From: an uncultured Oscillospiraceae bacterium
Lineage (GTDB): Bacteria; Bacillota; Clostridia; Oscillospirales; Acutalibacteraceae
Reading direction: 5' to 3'
NCBI GenBank assembly: GCA_902492455.1
Contig: CABULH010000001.1
Span: forward strand, 143,862 to 207,861
Length of the DNA stretch: 64,000 nucleotides
Position numbers and translations under genes: made by a program. Of the stretch, positions 37,619 to 48,124 are shown piece after piece; the first letter of the stretch is position 1; the number at the start of each line of letters is the position of its first letter. Under the pieces are notes generated by a model. It ran no database searches. It saw nothing but the letters and a program-made list of their open reading frames with translations, and was not told the DNA's origin.

Positions 37619-38497
37619 ATGTTCGAACGAATTAAGCCTGTATTCAGCGCCGATTGGGAAAACGATCATCTGAAGTACAAGATCAGACTGATCAATCCGG
37701 AAGACAAGGTTGTCATCGCTTATGACGATACGCCGCTGGATGAAATGTATCGCTGTAATTTCCTTGGAAGGCATACCCATGATTTTTATGAGATTGAGTA
37801 CATTCTCTCCGGTTCCGGCACACAGCTGATCAATGACCGGGAATATAAGGTCAACAAGGGCGACATTGTCTTTTTGGGGATCAATGATCAGCATACCTAT
37901 TATCCGGACAAGGATACGGAAAGCTTCGGCGTCATCAACTGCGTATTCCGGCAGATCCCTGTGGGGCTCAAGGACAGAGCAGGGTCGCTGCCCAACATCA
38001 TCTCCCTCCAGCCCCATTCCATTGTGGAGATCGACACCATATTTTCTAAAATGCAGCGGGAATATGAACGCAAGGAAATCGGCTACCAGGATGTGCTCAA
38101 CGCTTATCTTAATCTGATTTTTGTCACCCTGTTCCGGGAATCCAAAATCCAGGCGGACCGCTCTCCGAATCCCAAGGCCAACATGGCCACCATTCTGGAT
38201 TATATAGAGAAAAACTATCAGCATGTCACCCTTAAGGATTGCGCCGATTATGTTTCCTACTCTTCCACGTATTTCTGCCGGCTTTTTAAGGATAACGTGG
38301 GAATGACGCTGACAGAGTACCTCAATCAAAAGAAGATTCAGGCCGCTATGACCCTGCTGACCGAAACCGACCAGTCGGTGGAATCCATCATTATGAATGT
38401 CGGATTTAACCAGCGTAAATATTTTTACGCGCTCTTCAAAACCTATACCGGGATGTCTCCCTGTGAATTCCGTAGGCGAAACCGGCATAAGGATTAA
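37619..38497 (+). CDS. AraC-family transcriptional regulator (cupin sensor + AraC HTH)
   Basis: C-terminal double HTH (YSSTYFCRLFKDNVGMTLTEYLN...GFNQRKYFYALFKTYTGMSP). Start MFERIKP with RBS GGGGAAAGGAG; sigma-A-like promoter TTGAAA-17-TATACT at ~37548-37576. Confidence 0.75.
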   Translation: MFERIKPVFSADWENDHLKYKIRLINPEDKVVIAYDDTPLDEMYRCNFLGRHTHDFYEIEYILSGSGTQLINDREYKVNKGDIVFLGINDQHTYYPDKDTESFGVINCVFRQIPVGLKDRAGSLPNIISLQPHSIVEIDTIFSKMQREYERKEIGYQDVLNAYLNLIFVTLFRESKIQADRSPNPKANMATILDYIEKNYQHVTLKDCADYVSYSSTYFCRLFKDNVGMTLTEYLNQKKIQAAMTLLTETDQSVESIIMNVGFNQRKYFYALFKTYTGMSPCEFRRRNRHKD

Positions 38498-38499
38498 CC

Positions 38500-38533
38500 C
38501 CTCCCGCAGCTGAATGGCTGCGGGAGTTTTTTT
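38500..38533 (+). terminator. Rho-independent terminator of the AraC gene
   Basis: cccgcagc-tgaatg-gctgcggg followed by agttttttt. Confidence 0.55.
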
Positions 38534-38613
38534 GCCCATTTTTAGTATAACGCCCCAGGGATGCGGGAACTAGGCATGAATTTTATGATTTTGTAGTGAT
38601 TCTTGTGATAATG

Positions 38614-38689
38614 CGAAATATGCAGGATTTTATTGAGCATCCTGCATATTTCGACGGGTTTTGCAGGGTGTGCAGGATTTTATATAAGT
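38614..38689. promoter_or_regulatory. candidate AraC-type operator: three copies of TGCAGGATTTTAT (two forming a perfect 15-bp-arm inverted repeat)
   Basis: cgaaatatgcaggat-tttattgag-atcctgcatatttcg (38614-38652) plus a direct copy gtgtgcaggattttatat at 38670-38687, in the AT-rich region between araC and the glycan locus. Confidence 0.45.
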
Positions 38690-39013
38690 GGAATACAAGC
38701 AGACAGCGTAGCTGTCCGCGAATGCATAATGGTAATTTATGCAAATAATCAGAATGCCGAAAGGTTAAAATGGATGATTATCATAAAATACACTACATTC
38801 ATCACAAAATACTACACTGCCAAAAAGGAAGAATCATGGTATTTTTAACATGAACCACATGAGATTCATTTAGGAATTGTACAACAATGTAAAAATCCCG
38901 GCCTGGGCATGCGGACAGGGCACTGTACAAATGAAAAATGCCCGGCAAGAGAAACCAATAGCAGCCTTCGGTAATCTTATATAAAAGCAAAATGGTCTGA
39001 GAGGGGACGAAAA

Positions 39014-40339
39014 ATGCAATCAATCGATATTCAGCCGACCTGCGGACGAGCCACTGTGTATGCGGGCGAATACCTGCTGCTGGACAGCGATGTGTCCCGG
39101 GGCGGCGGCACCAATCAAACGGCGCTGCTGCAGGCGATTCTGGATAAGGCGGAGGATTGGGGTTGCCTGCATCTGGTGATGGACGGTGCCGCCCTGGTGG
39201 ATGGACTGCGGATTCACTCCAACACGACCATTGAATGTGTGAGCGCCTCCTGCGGCTTTTATCTGGATGATCACCGCAGTGAACCGCTGCTTCAGAACGC
39301 CCATCCATGTTTGGCAGGGGAGCGGATGGATCGGAATATCCGGCTCATCGGCGGTACTTATAACCAGAACTGCCGCAACCAGGCCCATCATGTAGAAAAG
39401 CATGAGGAAGGTCCTTGGCCGGAAGAGGGCCGGGACTGGGTGATGTGCATGAAATGGTATGGCGTGGAAGAACTGACGCTGCGGGATGTCACCATTCGCG
39501 ATCAGGCTTCTTTCGGCATTCATGTCGCCAATTTTCACAGCGTCTGTATGGAAAACATCCATATTGATATTCCGCATCTGGGTTTTCTGCGCAACCAGGA
39601 CGGTATCCACTTCTGGGGACCCGGCCGTTTTCTGACCTTGCGGAATATCCGGGGAACTGCCGGGGATGATTTTATCGCTTTGGCGCCTGATGAAGGGGAC
39701 GGCGTTTCCTCCATTACCGACGTACTTATCGACGGTGTGCAGCTGGAGGAGGCGGATCAGGGGATTCGTATGCTGTCCAAGGGATTGGGGCGGCTGGATC
39801 GGGTGACGGTCCGCAATGTCACCGGTACCTACAAGAGTTATGGATTCTTCCTGAATCCCTGGTTTTACGGCACGCAGCGGGAGGGAGGCAGTTACGGCAA
39901 TATCCTGATTGAGAATGTGGATCTGCGTCAGACTGCGCCGAAATACACCCATTATACGCCCTTTCTCTTCCGGATCGGCGGCAATTTTGAGGTGCTGACC
40001 CTGAGGAATATCGCTCACCACCAGCCCATCGATTCCCGGCCAGTTATTGAGATAGACCAGCCGTATCATGAGCCTCATCCCCAGGCGGAAAAAAGAGCTT
40101 ATGTCAGCGATATCGGAGCATTGATTGTGGACGGCCTGACGATTTATCAGGATGAGGAAAGCGCTCCCATGCCCCGTTATTTATACATAAACGGCCGGGT
40201 TCGCCGGTTGTGCCTGCAGAATATCCGCTTGATCCGGACGGAAGAGGCTCAAGCCGCCGGTTCCCTGCTGACAATGGGACCGGGAGGACGGGTTGATCAA
40301 ATGGAGACGGATACGGTTACCGCTCAATCGCTGGGATAA
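39014..40339 (+). CDS. right-handed parallel beta-helix (pectin-lyase-fold) protein, GH28-like, cytoplasmic
   Basis: Repeated beta-helix coils, NQDGIHFWG (NxDG-type) motif, no signal peptide. Confidence 0.5.
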   Translation: MQSIDIQPTCGRATVYAGEYLLLDSDVSRGGGTNQTALLQAILDKAEDWGCLHLVMDGAALVDGLRIHSNTTIECVSASCGFYLDDHRSEPLLQNAHPCLAGERMDRNIRLIGGTYNQNCRNQAHHVEKHEEGPWPEEGRDWVMCMKWYGVEELTLRDVTIRDQASFGIHVANFHSVCMENIHIDIPHLGFLRNQDGIHFWGPGRFLTLRNIRGTAGDDFIALAPDEGDGVSSITDVLIDGVQLEEADQGIRMLSKGLGRLDRVTVRNVTGTYKSYGFFLNPWFYGTQREGGSYGNILIENVDLRQTAPKYTHYTPFLFRIGGNFEVLTLRNIAHHQPIDSRPVIEIDQPYHEPHPQAEKRAYVSDIGALIVDGLTIYQDEESAPMPRYLYINGRVRRLCLQNIRLIRTEEAQAAGSLLTMGPGGRVDQMETDTVTAQSLG

Positions 40340-40372
40340 ATGGAAAAATGAATATCAGGGAGGAAGATCACC

Positions 40373-41833
40373 ATGCGTTTTCACAAGCATCTGGCTCTGA
40401 CCCTGGCAATGACATTAGCGCTGACATTGTTGACTGGCTGCGGCGCATCCCTTTCATCCGACGGCGGAAAGAACGAGGTGAGAGGCGCGCCTTCATCGGA
40501 GGTATCTTCTTCATCGGCTGCGGCAGATGCGCCTGATGTATCAACAGAACCCAGTGAAACGGTAGCCTCGTCGACGAATGAAGTCCAACAGCCGGCACAG
40601 CGATGGGATCAGTTCCATATCTCCACCAATTTCGCCTTCGGCGGCAGCGGCAACCGGGCCATGTACGACAAGGTGATCAGGCAGACCAAGGAGGCGTATT
40701 TTACCACCATTGAAATCACCAATGTAGACGTGGCGGATCCCAGCCCGGAAGGTCCTGCAGCAGACGGCGTCCGCGCGGTGATCCGCACTGCGCTGGATGT
40801 CTGCCGTCAGTATGACATGAGCGCTATTGTAGCGGATCCATATTTGGGCGGCGCCATTGATTACTATCGGGAAATTGGGAAAACCCACGTTCAACAGACG
40901 CTGAATGCTTATCAGGATTATGAGGACGTGCTGTTGGGCTACATCCTGTGGGATGAACCGAAGATACCCCAGTTTTCCCTGATCAAGCAACGAATCGGGT
41001 GGGTGCGGGAAATCGATCCGGACGTGCGGCTGTATTTGAATCTGCTGCCAAGTTATAACGATACCTACACCTGGAAAAAGAATGCCTTTCAGGAATATGT
41101 ATCCACCTTTACTTTTGATGTAGATCCGGAGATGCTGTCGGTGGATTATTACGTCTTTGGGGATAGAACCGACTGCAATCCCAATGTCCTCAGCGCCGAT
41201 CAGGGACTATGGCGGGATATGGGGCTGTTCCGCATGCTGGCGCTGGAAACCGGTAAGCCTTTCGAGTTCTACATACAGGGCGTGGGGGATTTTTCCGCCA
41301 GCAAGGATATCGGCAATATGACTGCGGAGCGCATCGCTTTTCAGATGTACGCCGCTCTGGCCTACGGGGTGAAGAGGGTGAGCTATTTCACCTCCTACGG
41401 CCTGCTGCTGGACGCCAATGGAGATAAAACGCATATGTACGACAGCGTCAAGGCCATCAACGAGGAAGCCCTCCAGGTCGGCAGGTTCCTGTACGATAAA
41501 ACATCGGTGGCCTTGTATCACAGCGGTGCGGGGCAATTGCAGAAGGTGCAGGACCAGATGTACTTGGATAATCTGGCGGAAAGCGATTTGCTGTCGGCCA
41601 TCCCCTCCGAAACCATTGTGTCGGTGTTTGAGGATGAGGCGGGGGGACGCTATCTGATGGTGGCAAATAAGGATTATAACAATGCGGCGGTGGGCCGCCT
41701 GGTATTTAAAAAAGCGGTGAGCCTGCGCCGGTATCAGGCCCTGGAGGACAGCCTGGCGGCGTCCACCGGCGCCCTGACCGAGCTGGCAGTGGAGATTCCC
41801 GCAGGGGGATACCTGCTGTATCGGGTAGATTAA
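40373..41833 (+). CDS. secreted lipoprotein, member of a three-paralog glycosidase-like family with DEP motif
   Basis: Lipobox LLTGC, Ser-rich linker, then a TIM-barrel-like domain with ILWDEPK at the position where clan GH-A enzymes carry NEP; paralogs at 41888 and 56662. Confidence 0.45.
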   Translation: MRFHKHLALTLAMTLALTLLTGCGASLSSDGGKNEVRGAPSSEVSSSSAAADAPDVSTEPSETVASSTNEVQQPAQRWDQFHISTNFAFGGSGNRAMYDKVIRQTKEAYFTTIEITNVDVADPSPEGPAADGVRAVIRTALDVCRQYDMSAIVADPYLGGAIDYYREIGKTHVQQTLNAYQDYEDVLLGYILWDEPKIPQFSLIKQRIGWVREIDPDVRLYLNLLPSYNDTYTWKKNAFQEYVSTFTFDVDPEMLSVDYYVFGDRTDCNPNVLSADQGLWRDMGLFRMLALETGKPFEFYIQGVGDFSASKDIGNMTAERIAFQMYAALAYGVKRVSYFTSYGLLLDANGDKTHMYDSVKAINEEALQVGRFLYDKTSVALYHSGAGQLQKVQDQMYLDNLAESDLLSAIPSETIVSVFEDEAGGRYLMVANKDYNNAAVGRLVFKKAVSLRRYQALEDSLAASTGALTELAVEIPAGGYLLYRVD

Positions 41834-41887
41834 GGATACACGGATTGTTCAGCTGAAAACAAAACGACCATGGAAAGGAATCAATGT

Positions 41888-43252
41888 ATGAAAAGACAAT
41901 TGACCGCCCTGGCGGCTATGGCTTTCCTTTTGGCTGCATCGCTGCCTCTGAGTGGCTGCAAGGATAACGGAGACAGTTCTTCCCCATCGTCCGCTGTGTC
42001 CGGCATGGACAGCACCCCCTCCTCCGGCACATCGAACAGCGGTTTTCCGGATGGTGAACGCTGGACGCCGAATGAGTTTATTATCTCTACTCTGGTCGGG
42101 ATCCCCTCCGGCGCCAACGACGCCCAAAACGACCGGGCGGTAAAGTATCACAAGGAAGCCAACTTCAATATGATCGAGCTGTGCAATTTTTCCGACAAGG
42201 AAATGCTGCTGGCGCTGGAAACCTGCAAAAAATATGGCGTTTCGGCACTGCCGTCCGATATTTCTTTCACCGACCCCAATGTCACGGAAGAACAGATCAA
42301 GGAACGAATGAAATTCTACGAGCCGTATGCGGATACCATCCGCGGCTTTTTGATCCGAGATGAGCCGGCTTATGACACTGAACTGTATCAGCTGCTGAGA
42401 GAGCGGGCGGATCTGGTGCGTTCCCTGGCGCCTACCAAGCTGATGTTCATGAATCTTTTTCCCAGCTACGGCAACTATACCTGGGCTTCGGAAACCGGTG
42501 ACGGAAACGACAGCCAGTTTGCCAAATACTGCAATGATTTCTTCGCGGCCACCGATCCCGATGTGCTGTCGGTGGACCATTACGTCTTCTTCAACAATGA
42601 AGCCTGTATCGCCAACCTGTCGGTCAATGACCTGTGGCGGGATTGGGGCTTCTTCCGCAAACGTTCCATCGAGACCGGCAAGCCCTTCTGGTGCTACATT
42701 CAATCTCTGGGTGTTTTTATGCACGATAAAGGCATAGGTGGCATGACGCCGGAGAAAATCGCTTTTCAGCTCAATTCCGCCATTGCTTACGGCGTTAAGG
42801 GCATCAGCTATTACAATTCCCTGGCCAGCGTCATCGATGAGCGCGCTTACAAAACCGAATTGTTCGACGGGGTGAAGGAGGCCAACCGGCAGGCGCTGCT
42901 TTTCGGGAATTATCTGCTGAACAAAGATTACGGCAAGCTGTACCACACCTCCATGCTGGAAAAGGCGGAGAAGCACTATTACACGGATAAACTCAGTGAA
43001 AGCGATTTGCTGGCGGCCCTGCCGGATAACGCACTGGTTTCCACCTTCACCGACGATACCGCCCGGACCTATCTGATGATCGTCAACCGCAGCTATGAGG
43101 CCGCGATGGAAGGAACCATCGTCCTCAAGGACACCAAGCCCATCGGCATGCTGGACACGGCCAGCGGGGAAGAGTTAGCCGTCAGCGCTTCCGCCGACCG
43201 GATCGCCGTATCGTTGCCTGCCGGAGGCGCTGCCCTTTATATGATCGGCTGA
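41888..43252 (+). CDS. secreted lipoprotein, paralog of 40373 (DEP-motif glycosidase-like family)
   Basis: Lipobox LSGC; LIRDEPAYD motif; collinear similarity to 40373 throughout (DVLSVDHYVF, GKPFW/FEFYIQ, AIAYGVKG). Confidence 0.45.
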   Translation: MKRQLTALAAMAFLLAASLPLSGCKDNGDSSSPSSAVSGMDSTPSSGTSNSGFPDGERWTPNEFIISTLVGIPSGANDAQNDRAVKYHKEANFNMIELCNFSDKEMLLALETCKKYGVSALPSDISFTDPNVTEEQIKERMKFYEPYADTIRGFLIRDEPAYDTELYQLLRERADLVRSLAPTKLMFMNLFPSYGNYTWASETGDGNDSQFAKYCNDFFAATDPDVLSVDHYVFFNNEACIANLSVNDLWRDWGFFRKRSIETGKPFWCYIQSLGVFMHDKGIGGMTPEKIAFQLNSAIAYGVKGISYYNSLASVIDERAYKTELFDGVKEANRQALLFGNYLLNKDYGKLYHTSMLEKAEKHYYTDKLSESDLLAALPDNALVSTFTDDTARTYLMIVNRSYEAAMEGTIVLKDTKPIGMLDTASGEELAVSASADRIAVSLPAGGAALYMIG

Positions 43253-43303
43253 CGGATAAAGGGCCGGCCGATATGGCCGTTATTTTGAAACGGGGGATGA
43301 CTG

Positions 43304-46189
43304 TTGAAGCTGAAACGGTTACGAATAGCGGCGGGGCTGATGACGCTGGTGCTGCTGACGGCGTTTGCGGCGCCTTCCGGCGTGTGGTTCGCCGCCGCGG
43401 AAACGGATGCTGCCGATGAAGGGACGATAACCGGCCAACCGGGCACCGCAGACGGCTATGCCGCCTATCTGGAGGCTCACGGCAGCGCGGCGCGTCCGAA
43501 GGCGGATCTGGTGATACAGGGCGGCGACTTCATCGATGCCGATGGAGCCGAAGTGGAAAAAGTCGCTTCCTATGAAGGCGAAGAAAACGCGGCTCTGTGG
43601 ACCAATCAAACCGGATCTGTAACCTGGGAGGTCCAGGTGGAACAGGCGGGTCTGTACTGCCTGGAGATGCTGTACCATCCGCTGGAAGGCAAACGGGGAA
43701 AGATAGAGCTCAGCCTGGCCGTCAATGGCGTCGTCCCCTTCTCCGGCGCGGGAAAGTTCACCTTCCATCGCCGTTACACCGATGCGCTGGCAGCGGATGA
43801 GGACTTTGAAACGGATAATCTGGGCAATCAGCTGACCCCTTCCCAGGAGGAGACGCTTTGCTGGATGCGGCAGAGTTTTTCCGATGTGGAAGGCTATTTT
43901 ACCGAACCTTATGCCTTTTATTTTGAGGCGGGAACCAACACCATCACCCTGACCTGTATGCGGGAACCCTTTGCGGTGGGCGCTATCCGCCTGTATCAGC
44001 CGGAAAAGGCGCCGTCGTATGAGGATATCAGGCCGACGGAAACCGGCGGCGCTCCGGAAGGGTATATACAGAAGATCCAGGCGGAGCGTCCCGCAGGCAA
44101 ATCCGATTCCGCTCTGCGGGCGGATTATGATAAATCCAGCCCGCTGACCGAGCCTTCCGATCCGGTTCTGACCAAACGGAACATCATCGGCGGAGATAAA
44201 TGGACCAGCCAGTCCCAATGGATTGAGTGGGAGTATACCGTTCCCGAGACCGGTTATTACAAAATCGCGCTGCGTTACCGGCAGAACGCCGTTCGGGGAT
44301 TTTTCACTTCCCGCCGGGTTTATCTGGATGGAGCGCTGACCTATGCGGAGCTGGACGGCGTCCGGTTCAACTACGGCGCCAATTGGCAGGTGCAGGCGCT
44401 GGGAGGCGATGATCCCTATCTTTTCTACCTGGAGGCGGGGATGACCCACGTCATTCGGATGGAGGTCACCACCGGCGACATGGCCCCGATTCTGCGGATT
44501 TTGGATGAAACCCAGCAGGAACTCAACGCCCTTTATCGCAAGATCATCATGATCACCAGCACCTCTCCCGACCTGTACCGGGACTATGAGCTGCAGAAGG
44601 AGATCCCGGGGCTGCTGGATATTATGCTGACTTCGGCGGAAACGCTGCAGAGTCAGGCGGAGGCAATCGAAAGCATGACCGGCTTTTCCGGCTCCGAGGC
44701 AGCTTTGCTGTATCGGGTGGCGGAGCAGCTGCAGAGCTTTGTCAAGGACCCTTATACCATTCCCGAGCGGCTGAGTAACTTCCGGGAAAATATCTCCGGC
44801 CTGGCCTCCTGGATCATGTCGGTAAAGGAGCAGCCGCTGGAGCTGGATTACATAGCCGTCATGGCTCCCGATACCCCGCTGCCTAAGGCGGACGCCGGCT
44901 TCCTGAAAAAGCTGTGGTACGGCGTGCAGTCCTTCATGGCCTCCTTTGTGCTGGACTACAACAGCGTGGGCACCGACGCCCCGGACGAGGAATGCCTGGA
45001 GGTATGGGTGGGCACCGGTACGGATCAAATGTATATTCTGCGGCAGCTGGCGGACAAATCCTTTTATCAGGAGACCGGCGTGCCGGTGCGCCTGAAGCTG
45101 GTAACCTCCTCGCTGCTGGTCCAGGCGATTATGGCGGATATCGGACCGGATGTGGCCATCAACGTCGCCCGGAGCGAGCCGGTTAATCTGGCAATGCGGG
45201 GGGCGCTGGAACCGCTGGACACCTATCCGGGATTTGAAGAGACCGTGGACCGGTTCATGCCCACCGCCATGGATCCCTACCGCTTTTACGGTCACACCTA
45301 CGCCATGCCGGAAACCCAAAGCTTCAACATGATGTTTGTCCGTACCGATATTTTTGAGGAACTGGGGCTCACGCCGCCGGAAACCTGGGATGATCTGTAT
45401 GAAATCGCACCCATTCTCCAGCGGAACAACATGGAGGTGGGCCTGCCTGCCGGCGTGTTCAACATGCTGCTGCTGCAAAACGGCGGCCAGTATTATAACG
45501 ATACGCTAACGGCCATGGATTTTGACAGCGATGTGGCAAATGAAAGTTTCCTGGAATGGGTGCAGTTCTACACCCAATACGGATATTCCCTTTTCAAGGA
45601 TGATTACAACCGGTTTCGTACCGGCGAGATGCCGTTAACCATCATGGCCTATTCCTTCTATTGCCAGCTGCATGTGGCGGCACCGGAAATCATGGGACGC
45701 TGGGAAATGCTGCCCATTCCGGGCACACGGCAGGAGGACGGAAGCATTCTGCGGGCCGATTCCACCACCGCCTCCTCTACCGCTGTCGGCTCGGGTACCT
45801 GCGGCATCCTGCTGAAAAGCAGTGATAAAAAGGAGGAGGGCTGGAAGTTCCTGGAGTGGTGGAGCCGGGCGGATACCCAGACCGAATTCGGCCTGGAGGT
45901 GGAAGAGACCATCGGCACGGCGGCCCGTTACACCACTGCCAACCGGGAGGCTTTTGCCAATCTTCCCTGGACTACAGACGAGTTGGAGATGCTGGAGAAG
46001 CAGTGGGCAAATATCCAGGAAATCCCTGAAGTGCCCGGCGGCTATTATACCTCCCGAAATCTGGACAACGCTTTCCGCGCCTGCGTATACCGGCTGGAGA
46101 ACCCCCGGGAAATGCTGCGTTACTGGACCAACGAGACCAACAAAGAGATTCAACGCAAGCTGGAGGAATACCATCTCGGGCCGCAATAG
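43304..46189 (+). CDS. 961-aa extracellular protein: two N-terminal CBM-like beta-sandwich domains fused to a family-1 solute-binding protein (sugar ABC transporter SBP)
   Basis: Signal peptide; two ~150-aa repeats with CBM6/35-like patterns; C-terminal ~430 aa with SBP family-1 conservation; two CUT1 permeases immediately downstream. Confidence 0.6.
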   Translation: MKLKRLRIAAGLMTLVLLTAFAAPSGVWFAAAETDAADEGTITGQPGTADGYAAYLEAHGSAARPKADLVIQGGDFIDADGAEVEKVASYEGEENAALWTNQTGSVTWEVQVEQAGLYCLEMLYHPLEGKRGKIELSLAVNGVVPFSGAGKFTFHRRYTDALAADEDFETDNLGNQLTPSQEETLCWMRQSFSDVEGYFTEPYAFYFEAGTNTITLTCMREPFAVGAIRLYQPEKAPSYEDIRPTETGGAPEGYIQKIQAERPAGKSDSALRADYDKSSPLTEPSDPVLTKRNIIGGDKWTSQSQWIEWEYTVPETGYYKIALRYRQNAVRGFFTSRRVYLDGALTYAELDGVRFNYGANWQVQALGGDDPYLFYLEAGMTHVIRMEVTTGDMAPILRILDETQQELNALYRKIIMITSTSPDLYRDYELQKEIPGLLDIMLTSAETLQSQAEAIESMTGFSGSEAALLYRVAEQLQSFVKDPYTIPERLSNFRENISGLASWIMSVKEQPLELDYIAVMAPDTPLPKADAGFLKKLWYGVQSFMASFVLDYNSVGTDAPDEECLEVWVGTGTDQMYILRQLADKSFYQETGVPVRLKLVTSSLLVQAIMADIGPDVAINVARSEPVNLAMRGALEPLDTYPGFEETVDRFMPTAMDPYRFYGHTYAMPETQSFNMMFVRTDIFEELGLTPPETWDDLYEIAPILQRNNMEVGLPAGVFNMLLLQNGGQYYNDTLTAMDFDSDVANESFLEWVQFYTQYGYSLFKDDYNRFRTGEMPLTIMAYSFYCQLHVAAPEIMGRWEMLPIPGTRQEDGSILRADSTTASSTAVGSGTCGILLKSSDKKEEGWKFLEWWSRADTQTEFGLEVEETIGTAARYTTANREAFANLPWTTDELEMLEKQWANIQEIPEVPGGYYTSRNLDNAFRACVYRLENPREMLRYWTNETNKEIQRKLEEYHLGPQ

Positions 46190-46242
46190 CGTCCGCCGCG
46201 ACAAGATGACAAGACTGAAAGACAGAAAGGCATGGTGGAACG

Positions 46243-47163
46243 ATGGCTCGAGAGAAACGGGTGAAAGACCCCTACAGCCTGTGGAGCCGGATCTGGCGCG
46301 GGCGGCAGAACTATATGCTGCTGTTTCCCTTCCTAGTATTCTTCTTTATCTTTACCCTGCTGCCGGTTCTGCTGTCCATTGTTTTGGGCTTCACCAACTA
46401 TGATATGATTTCCAGTCCTACCTTTGTGGGCTTCTCCAACTATATGCGGATGTTCTTCGATGACGACGTGTTCCTTATCGCGGTGAAGAACACCATGATT
46501 TTCGCCCTGTTCACAGGCCCGATCAGCTACTTTCTCTGTTTTCTCTTTGCCTGGCTGATCAACGAGATGCGTCCCAAGCTGCGGGCGGTGTGCACTACGG
46601 TATTCTATGCCCCCGCTTTGTCGGGGCAGGCCTTTACCGTGTGGCTGTTTATCTTCAGCTCGGATCAGTACGGCATCATCAACGGGGCGCTGATGCGTAT
46701 GGGCTTTCTCAACGAACCCATCGCCTGGCTCAGCGATCCCGCCTACAACATGACCGTGCTGATCCTGGTACAGCTGTGGATGAGTCTGGGCACCGGCTTC
46801 CTGGCCTTTATCGCTGGCTTGCAGAGCATCGATACCTCCCTGTATGAAGCGGCGGCCATTGACGGTATCCGCAACCGGTTCCAGGAGCTGTGGCATGTGA
46901 CGCTGCCCTCCATGGTGCCGCAGCTGGTGTTCGGCGCGGTGATGCAGATTATTTCCTCCTTCTCGGTGGCGGAGGTATCCATGCGGCTGGCCGGTTTTCC
47001 CAGCGTGGAATATTCCGCTGAAACCGTGGTGACCCATATCATCGACTACGGCACCCTGCGGTTTGAGATGGGATACGCGTCGGCCATGGCCGGATTCCTG
47101 TTTATTGTTATGCTGCTTTCTCAGAAGGCCATCACCAAGCTGCTGCAGAGCATCGGCCATTGA
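46243..47163 (+). CDS. sugar ABC transporter permease (MalF/UgpA-like)
   Basis: Six TM helices, EAA loop (EAAAIDGIRNRFQ). Confidence 0.85.
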   Translation: MAREKRVKDPYSLWSRIWRGRQNYMLLFPFLVFFFIFTLLPVLLSIVLGFTNYDMISSPTFVGFSNYMRMFFDDDVFLIAVKNTMIFALFTGPISYFLCFLFAWLINEMRPKLRAVCTTVFYAPALSGQAFTVWLFIFSSDQYGIINGALMRMGFLNEPIAWLSDPAYNMTVLILVQLWMSLGTGFLAFIAGLQSIDTSLYEAAAIDGIRNRFQELWHVTLPSMVPQLVFGAVMQIISSFSVAEVSMRLAGFPSVEYSAETVVTHIIDYGTLRFEMGYASAMAGFLFIVMLLSQKAITKLLQSIGH

Positions 47164-47185
47164 CGAGAAAGGATTGGACGCGAGA

Positions 47186-48052
47186 ATGAAGCATATGAAG
47201 CTGAAGAAAAATCTTCTGAACCGTTCCAGGGGCGGGAATTTTCTGGTCTATCTGCTGTTGGTGCTGGCGGGCGTGTTTATGGCGCTGCCGCTGGTCTACG
47301 CGATAGCCAGCTCCTTAAAGCCCTTTGAAGAAATATTTCTTTTCCCCCCGAAGCTGTACGTAATCAACCCCACTCTGGAGAATTTTGAGAGCCTTTTCAC
47401 CCTCTCTCAGGATTCGGAGGTTCCTTTTACCCGTTATCTGTTTAACTCGCTGTTTATCGCCGTTGCCAGTACGGTGCTGCAGATTATCATCGCCTCCATG
47501 GCCGCTTATCCCCTGGCAAAAAACGATTTTCCAGGGAAGAACGCTATTTTCGCAGTGGTGGTGGCCTCCCTGCTGTTCGTTTCCCAGGTGACGTCGGTTC
47601 CTCAGTATATCATCATGGCGAAAATGCGGATGATCAACTCCTATTGGGCGCTGATTCTGCCGGCGCTGGGTTCTTCCATGGGCTTGTTTTTGATGAAACA
47701 GTTTATGGAGCAGATTCCCATCTCCCTGATCGAATCCGCCCGGCTGGACGGCGCTTCCGAGTTCCGGATCGTCTTTTCCCTGGTGTTCCCCAACGTCAAG
47801 CCCGCCTGGCTGACTTTGGCTATTTTCACCTTCCAGGCGGTGTGGAACCAGACCGGTACCTCCTTTATCTTTGATGAAAATCTGAAGCTGCTGCCCACGG
47901 CGCTGAATCAGATCACCGCCAGCAACGCCATGGCCCGCATGGGCGTGGGAATGGCGGCCACCGTGATCCTGATGCTGCCGCCTATCGTCTTTTTCATCAT
48001 TTCCCAAAGCAACGTGGTCAAGACCATGGCGTTTGCCGGTATCAAGGAATAA
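47186..48052 (+). CDS. sugar ABC transporter permease (MalG/UgpE-like)
   Basis: EAA loop ESARLDGASEFRI, six TM helices. Start MKHMKLKK. Confidence 0.85.
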   Translation: MKHMKLKKNLLNRSRGGNFLVYLLLVLAGVFMALPLVYAIASSLKPFEEIFLFPPKLYVINPTLENFESLFTLSQDSEVPFTRYLFNSLFIAVASTVLQIIIASMAAYPLAKNDFPGKNAIFAVVVASLLFVSQVTSVPQYIIMAKMRMINSYWALILPALGSSMGLFLMKQFMEQIPISLIESARLDGASEFRIVFSLVFPNVKPAWLTLAIFTFQAVWNQTGTSFIFDENLKLLPTALNQITASNAMARMGVGMAATVILMLPPIVFFIISQSNVVKTMAFAGIKE

Positions 48053-48124
48053 GACAGGGCTGACAGCAGAGTTTCCGGGCGGGAGTATGTGCCCGGTCTC
48101 CATCCATACGTGGGAGGGAAAGGC

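Noticed and set aside
38633-38848. 71-aa ORF in the AT-rich araC-to-glycan-locus control region
   Set aside because: Low-complexity Ile/Tyr/Lys-rich translation of AT-rich regulatory DNA with no RBS; the region is better explained as promoter/operator sequence.
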